DNA from: Paramecium tetraurelia
Lineage: Eukaryota
Direction of reading: 5' to 3'
DNA: 64,000 nucleotides
Assembly: GCA_000165425.1 (NCBI GenBank)
Contig: CT868053.1
Span: 1-64,000, forward strand
Shown: positions 57,001 to 64,000 of the stretch, piece by piece
Layout: each line of letters begins with the position of its first letter
How positions within the stretch are numbered: position 1 is the first letter of the stretch
Notes under the pieces: model-generated
Told to the model about the DNA's origin: nothing
What the model saw: only the letters and a program-made list of their open reading frames with translations
Database searches by the model: none
Made by a program: the position numbers and the translations under genes

Positions 57001-60000
57001 CACAGAGTGAAAATTATGATGATTATGAAGTTATTTGCTCAGAGTGCTATAAAGGATATGAAATAAGAAATGATATATGCGTTCCTTCTTGTCCTGAATC
57101 ATGTTTGGAATGTTAGTACATTAATGGTTAAAATCTATGTGTCAAATGTCCAAAAAATAAAAAAGGTAGAATGTTGAGTTTATCATAAAATAAATGCATT
57201 GAATGTCCTTAGAATTGTGCTTTGTGTAGAGTAAGATCAAAAGATGAAATTCAAGGTATTAACCCATTATTTGACAATGATGATTTTATCATTTACACGT
57301 ATCAATGCTTAAAGAGCTTTAAAGATGCTGAATACTATTATAATTTAGAATATGGCACCTTTATAAAATGTTCTCAACATCAATAATGCAACTATGAATT
57401 CATACTTACTTTCAATCTTTATTGTTCCGAGTTAGAATATGAATCTGAATTGAGTTAAATTTCATCATAATCTGAGCAAAATATATTTAGATAATAAAAC
57501 TTATTATTTTAGGATTTGGTTTCAGGAAACAGTTTTAAGGAGGTATATGTAATATTCATTATAATTAGTTTGAAAAAGATTTGTTCTATCACTAAGCCAA
57601 CGAATTATCAATAACAACCATTAAACTAAATATATCAAGTGTAAAAGAGTAAATTTGTAAAATACAATCTAATGGCATTATTAAATAAATCTTTAGTAAT
57701 AATATCTTTTTCACAACGTAACTATTCTCATTATTAATTTAGAAACGTGGAGATAACACTTAATTTCAATAATAATACAATAATTGAATTTGAAAAGCCA
57801 CTAAAATTCTTAAATTTTAATAAAATAACTATATTAGGAGCCATCTTTCATCCAATAAGCAATGACAAATCAAAATAAATTATGTTTTTTAGCTTATATC
57901 CTTAAACCATAACTCTTTAAGACATCATTTATTAGTAGATTTCTAAAGACAATGATTAGTCAAATATGCTTTTTGTTAATGTTTAAAGTGTATAATTTAA
58001 CAATTTCAAAATATTGGGATTAGTTTAAAATTAAATAAGAAATTTTATTGAGATTACAGAAACGGTGAATTAGAAAACTATCATATTCTTAAACTTTTAA
58101 ATTCTAAATTCATTTTTATAAAATCAGTTCACAATAAATTGCCATCTGAACTAAGATGATAACATTTACATTGATAATTTAATTGTAAACTCTAAGTTTA
58201 AGAATGTAACTTTGATAAAAACAGGAGAATAAGAAAAATATGGACTTCTTTAGATGTAAAATGTTATTTTTTAAATCGATATACTTTATTGCTTATCTTT
58301 TTTAAATATTTATTCACTAAGATAAGTTAACATTAACAATATGATAATCAAAAATTCTGAAATTTAAAACTCAACACTAATTCTTTTAAATAATGATAAC
58401 AATTTAGATAATTTTAGGATTTAATTAAGTAAATTTAGATAGATTAGTTATGGAATAATGAATTCTGAACTATTATTGGATAATTTATAAATTAGTTTAT
58501 CAAATATTTTGCTTGAATCAAATGAATATGATTACTCTACAAAATTTGTATTCTTCTAAAAATACAACAATATTCAAACTCAAATAAATATTACAGAATT
58601 GCATATCCTTAATAACTATATTTCGTAGAATATAAATGATTTGAATTTGAAGACTCAATATTATGCCCTTCTTTACCTATAGCTAGACATCATCTCAATA
58701 GTTAATTTAGAAATAGTCAGAGGTTATGGTCTAATGGATTTAAGCATAAGTGATGTCCAAAAACTTATAATTTAATCTAGCAGAATATCTTAAGGACAAT
58801 AGTTTAAATTCTTAGGACTTCATTAATTTATGGATTGCTAGTCATAATAAGTCAAAGGAGAATCTTATTTACAATCTCTATTTATATCTTCAGCAATTGA
58901 TTTTTAGATTGATGATTTGATTATAAGAACTGCTTAAACATATAACTCTCCCATTTTATATTACAAATCTTCGGAAAAGATTAAATAATCATAATTCGAA
59001 ACAATTCAATTAAGTAATATTATTATCGAATCAAACTTGGTGCTTTTAACAAATTAGAAATTTCAAACAGCAATTCTCTTTTTTGAATCTGTTTAAGAAA
59101 CGGCTTTATCAATTTAAAACATTACTTTTTATGGAAATGTATTGCATGAATATATATAAAATAACCTTCAAATATCTGCTTTGCTTCTGAATTTGAATTG
59201 TATATTAGGTTCAGTAATAGTTCGTGATTCAACCTTCATTAAGAATATAGTGATTAATAGTACAGATAGCATTATATACATAAAAAGCGAGAAACTAGCA
59301 TTCCATAACTGCACATTCTCAGAGAATAGTGTCTTTAATTATGAGCTTTTGTAACCTTATCTATTGTGGGGATTCTTAGAGTCTCAACAAGTAGATTCTA
59401 AATAGATAAATTCAATCTTTAAAATAAAATCGTAATCTGGAAATGGTAGGCTATTAGTGGAACACCTTGATATTCATATGTGTATCTTTGAATAATCTGT
59501 AGGATATTCAGGTGGAGCATTTTTTATTGAAGCTCAAAAGACAAGCAATATCAGTATTATCAATAGTTCGTTTAGTAATCTTTAAACAGAGTTTTAGAAA
59601 GAATTGGGATTTGGGGGATCTATATATTTAGATGGTACTTCTTCTTAGTAATTGATCGTAACTTTTCAAGATCTTACCATTAAAAATATCTATGCTTAAG
59701 AATAAGGTGGGTTTTTTTATATTACAGCAGGAACTTCATAGGTTCAAATCTATTTAGATAGATTAAATATCCAAAATGCCTATGCAAAATAGGGATCTGT
59801 AATATATGCAACTTTTTCATCTCTTCAATAATCTTCACAGTTGATTGAATTTAATGAGATCATTATCCAAAACACTTAAGAAGATTTCATAAACTATATG
59901 AATTTATATACATAACTATCCAAATCTGAGGAAATCCTATTAATTAATAATAGAGTATTATTTTTTATTAATTCGGCATCTAAAGTGAGTTTTTTTAATG

Positions 60001-63000
60001 TGATAATTGAAAACATCATTCTTGAATCTGCTATTTTGATCTCTAGCATCACCGAACTCTCAATTAAGATGTTAATGATATCCAATAGTTTGATAAACTA
60101 AAACCTAATTAAAATATCTCCAAATATATGTAATTAGTATATTATATTTTATCATAGATTAAGATTAAATTATATAACTAAAAAATGTCTAAATATAAAA
60201 CATAACCACAGTTTTTAAGTAGAATAGTTATAACTGTGAATCAATTTAAATAGTATATGCTCCTATTCAATTTGCTTGCATTAAATAATCAGCTCCTATT
60301 GATTTGTTCCAAAAATAGAAAAGTCAAACAATATCTTATGGTGACTGCATGCTTTCCTTTATAAATAAGAATATGGATTAAATAGTTTTAGACGATCTAA
60401 ATTCTGGGCTAATTTTATTCATAGATCTTAATGAATAAACAACAATCAAACTATCTTAGATAGAATTAGGCAGAATCACTTGTAAATATTGTTTAAATGG
60501 ATTAATTTATTTTTATTTTTAAAAGATATCCTAACTAATTTGACCAATAATATGTATCACACTTTCAAAAACCTGATTCTATTTGCGGAAGAAAAGGTTG
60601 TTTAAAAATTGGAATAAGTGATGTTTAAAAACGAAACATGGGTTATCAGCCCAACGACACCTTTTCTTTCTCCATACCACAGCCAGGTCCGCGGCCAGTC
60701 CTGTCCGTTCTCATGCATCTGTGTGATCATCTGCATAACTGTCCTTNNNNNNNNNNNNNNNNNNNNNNNNNNNNNNNNNNNNNNNNNNNNNNNNNNNNNN
60801 NNNNNNNNNNNNNNNNNNNNNNNNNNNNNNNNNNNNNNNNNNNNNNNNNNNNNNNNNNNNNNNNNNNNNNNNNNNNNNNNNNNNNNNNNNNNNNNNCAAT
60901 GGTAAATTTTGTTACAAATGACATTAATTTATTTTTATTTTTAAAAGATATCTAACTAATTTGACAAATAATATGTATCAGATATTATAATATCTGATTC
61001 TATTTGTGGAAGATAAGGTTGTTTAAATATTGAAAAAAGTAATGTTTAAAACAGAAGATTGTTAGAGTCAAAGGAGAAATTCATTTAATAATTAGAATAG
61101 GAGTTCTCAATAAATAAATACCTTTGCTAAAACAACTCTGGAACAAATGGAACATGTGTTTATGTTTCCAACGTTAAAGTAAAGATGCAGAATTGTCTAT
61201 TTTAATTTAATAATGCATAATAATCGGGAGGAGCTGTTTACGTTAAAGAAAGTGATGAATTATTGATAACCAATAGTTGGATACTGAAGAATTAAGCAAA
61301 GATGGGAGGTGGACTGTATTTGGAAGATTCAAACGACTTAGATTATCTAGCACTCCAAACCAAAATCAGCAATAATTCTGCCAAACTTTTTGGTGATAAT
61401 GTTGTTGCAATTCCTTAGAAACTTACATTAGCTTAATTTGATGAAAAGACCTTATTTGAAACTGTATAAATTATAAACACAGATAATATTCTAATTGAAT
61501 AAGTGAAACAATAATTATAGTAGATTCAATTCGATAATGAAATTCAACTTCCAAGTGGGTAAAAGATTTCTAGTTATGCTAAATTCGATAAGCATACTAG
61601 ATCGTATTCACCATTAAATCTTATATTTAGAGTTATTGCTTAAGGTAGAGATTAATAAGTTATTAAAAATCTTAGAAACACATATTGTACGATAGAAAGT
61701 AGAATATTGAATAAATCCAATAATGATGATAGTGGGATCTTCTCAAATAATCTAACGAACATTTAGAAAGTGTTATTTAATGAAACTACTCAAGATTATA
61801 ACTTAGATGAATTAATTGTTTATTTTAACAATGAATAGCCTCCAAATATTGTATTATAGCTATAATTCTCGTGTGATTCAGTAATCGTCCCAATATATAA
61901 TAAAGAGTACCCTTATAATATATTGAATAAACATACAAACTATCATTTAAGAGTGAATATCAAAACTTTTGATTGTTAATATGGAGAAACAAAAAATTAT
62001 ACAGACTTTTCATGTATCCCATGTAACAGTGAGCAAGGATTATTTTCTTTAAAAATTGATTCTTAGAAATGTGAAATCAAAGATGATATCTCAACAATAA
62101 GTGTTTAGTCTGCTTTATTGAATTTAAAAGCTGGATATTGGAGACCATATTTTGAAACCAATCGAATTAGTAATTGCATAAACAAACCTGAGAATTGTTT
62201 AGGAGGATGGATTGAAGGTGATACATCATGTCTCAAAGGCCATATAGGGGCTTTATGTGAAGAATGTGATTTATATGCTATTAGAGAAGGAACTCACTTT
62301 TCAACCAGTTAAAAGTACTCCTGTGCTTCATGTTAAGAAACATCTAGGAATTTCATCTTGATCGCTTTTGTGACTATATGGTAATTATTTAGTGATAAAT
62401 TTAAGGACTTTAATATCAATTTTCATATCAGTTTAAAGTAATCTAAAGTCTATTAAATAATCAATTAGAGTCACGAGTGTCCTTCTTATTAAATTAGCAG
62501 CAATTTAAATCAGTAATTAATCAGCAATTTTAATCAAAATATTAACTAACTATCTGCAAATTTTGGCTGCTATCGCTACATTTAAATTGAAATTACCAAT
62601 CTAATTTCAAAGTACTATTGATACTGCAGGATCGCCAGTTTAAACAATGACATATTCAATGGATTGCTTTTTAGCTACCCTTTTCTCATTTGAAATTCAA
62701 TATGCCCGAATGATTTGGTAAATTATACTGCCTTTTATTTATATCAGTTTCTTCTTCACATGCTACTTAATTGCAATTAAATTTAAACTTGCTAGTTATA
62801 ATAAGAGCGTTATTACAACCACTATTATATACATGTACATCTATTTACAAACGAGTTTAGTCGGAGGATTTGCCCAACTTATATCCTATAGAAACATTTC
62901 AGGATACTAGTGGATCTAAGCAAATACTTCCTAAAGATTCGACACCTCTTATCACTATAGGTGGATTCTCTAATTTTGTATTCCTATGCTTACTCTTTTA

Positions 63001-63952
63001 TCAATTATAATCCCATCTTATTTCCTATTTAGTTTGAACAGAAACTCTGAAAATTTGGATAAGAATCATGTAAAATCATAATGGGGTTATTTGTATAATG
63101 AATACAAGTACAACGCTTATTTTTGGGAATTAATCAAAATTGCATAAAAATAACTAATGATGATTTGCCTAATTTATTATGATGATAATGTAATCTTAAA
63201 AGCCACTATGGTTGCAATCATTATTGTAGTTTATTTAGAATTAAGTAAGAAATATAAGCCCTATAATCGTGATTAACTAAATAACTTAGATTGTTAAACT
63301 ATGAATACATGTTTGGCCACAATAATTTTAGCAGCTGGCATTTATATTTCAGAATCCACTAATGTGGCTGAAGTAAAAATTCCATATTTTATGTTAATTG
63401 CTATATTGAATATCTTAATTTCTTATATTTTAATATCCAAAATTGTAGTGGAATATTTCAAAAAGGCAGGTCTTACGATGGAAAGAGTAGAAAAATTCAA
63501 ATAATATATCAGAGAAGTCTTTCCTTTTCTTAATAGAGTTCCATTTATATCAAGATTATTAATGGACAATAGAAATAAAAGAAAAAGAATTGCAGAATTA
63601 TATATGAAATTAAAATAATTTTTAATATCATAAGCTAGAGAGATAATTTTATTCAAGAGTTCTTAGTTGAAACTAGACAGTCATAGAAGTTCAGATCAAT
63701 AAATTCACACAAATCAATTAAGCTTAAGAAGCTTACATCTTGGCAAAGATTAAGAATATTTAATTAGAGAATCCTTAAAATAATCTTCATTAAATACTCC
63801 TAAGAATGTTTTGGATTCAAATGTTTTCGATTAAATGTATTATATAAATCTATTATAGAAATTTAAAACGAAATGAATAATTGAAGTCTAAATTTAATAC
63901 TTAAACGTAATTAAATAATAACGAGAAATTTAATGATAATAAGGAGGAATGA
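54008..63952 (+). CDS. Second giant surface membrane protein, tandem paralog (~3100 aa), spans an assembly gap
   Basis: Same architecture: CHYSCQSCRGP, FNNAQQSGGAVYV, KNQAKMGGGLYL, GYWRP...KGHIGALCEECD, LIKILTNYLQI, WGYLYNEY..YFWE. The end is 63952 if the last 22-nt intron is spliced, otherwise ~63876. Confidence 0.85.
60747..60896. other. Assembly gap (150 N) with overlapping flanks
   Basis: 60477-60746 is a progressively degraded copy of 60897-~61165. Confidence 0.92.
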
Positions 63953-64000
63953 GGGATTTTACCATTTATTGAATTTACAATTATATATAATTTCCATTTA

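Noticed and set aside
60618..60955. Four ORFs spanning the second N run
   Set aside because: They are made of Ns and degraded read-end sequence.

Overview
AT-rich, gene-dense eukaryotic DNA from a ciliate, almost certainly a Paramecium macronuclear scaffold. TAA and TAG are read as Gln, TGA is the only stop, introns are 21-31 nt GT-AG, and intergenic spacers are often 18-40 bp. The supplied ORF track uses the wrong genetic code, so most of its ORFs are fragments or antisense noise. Re-translating by hand with code 6 gives about 33 genes. These include tandem ubiquitin genes separated by a 4 x 103-bp repeat, an EBS/SHL-type BAH-PHD chromatin reader, a degenerate small GTPase, a 3R-Myb, CK1 and MAK-like kinases, and a PH + permuted papain-like amidase. 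Also present are a SAXO-like protein, HIRA, BMS1, prefoldin 5, Ctf4/WDHD1, DUF1295, histone H3, a divergent cyclin, and three large Cys-rich multi-pass surface proteins. Both 150-N gaps look like false gaps with overlapping, error-ridden flanks. I saw no tRNA, rRNA, CRISPR, telomere or clear mobile element. No single novel system is proven. The best leads are the BAH-PHD reader, the HIRA/H3-variant/Ctf4 neighbourhood, the giant receptor pair, a same-strand CDS overlap and stop-containing 3n introns. All family calls come from motif recognition by eye, without database searches.
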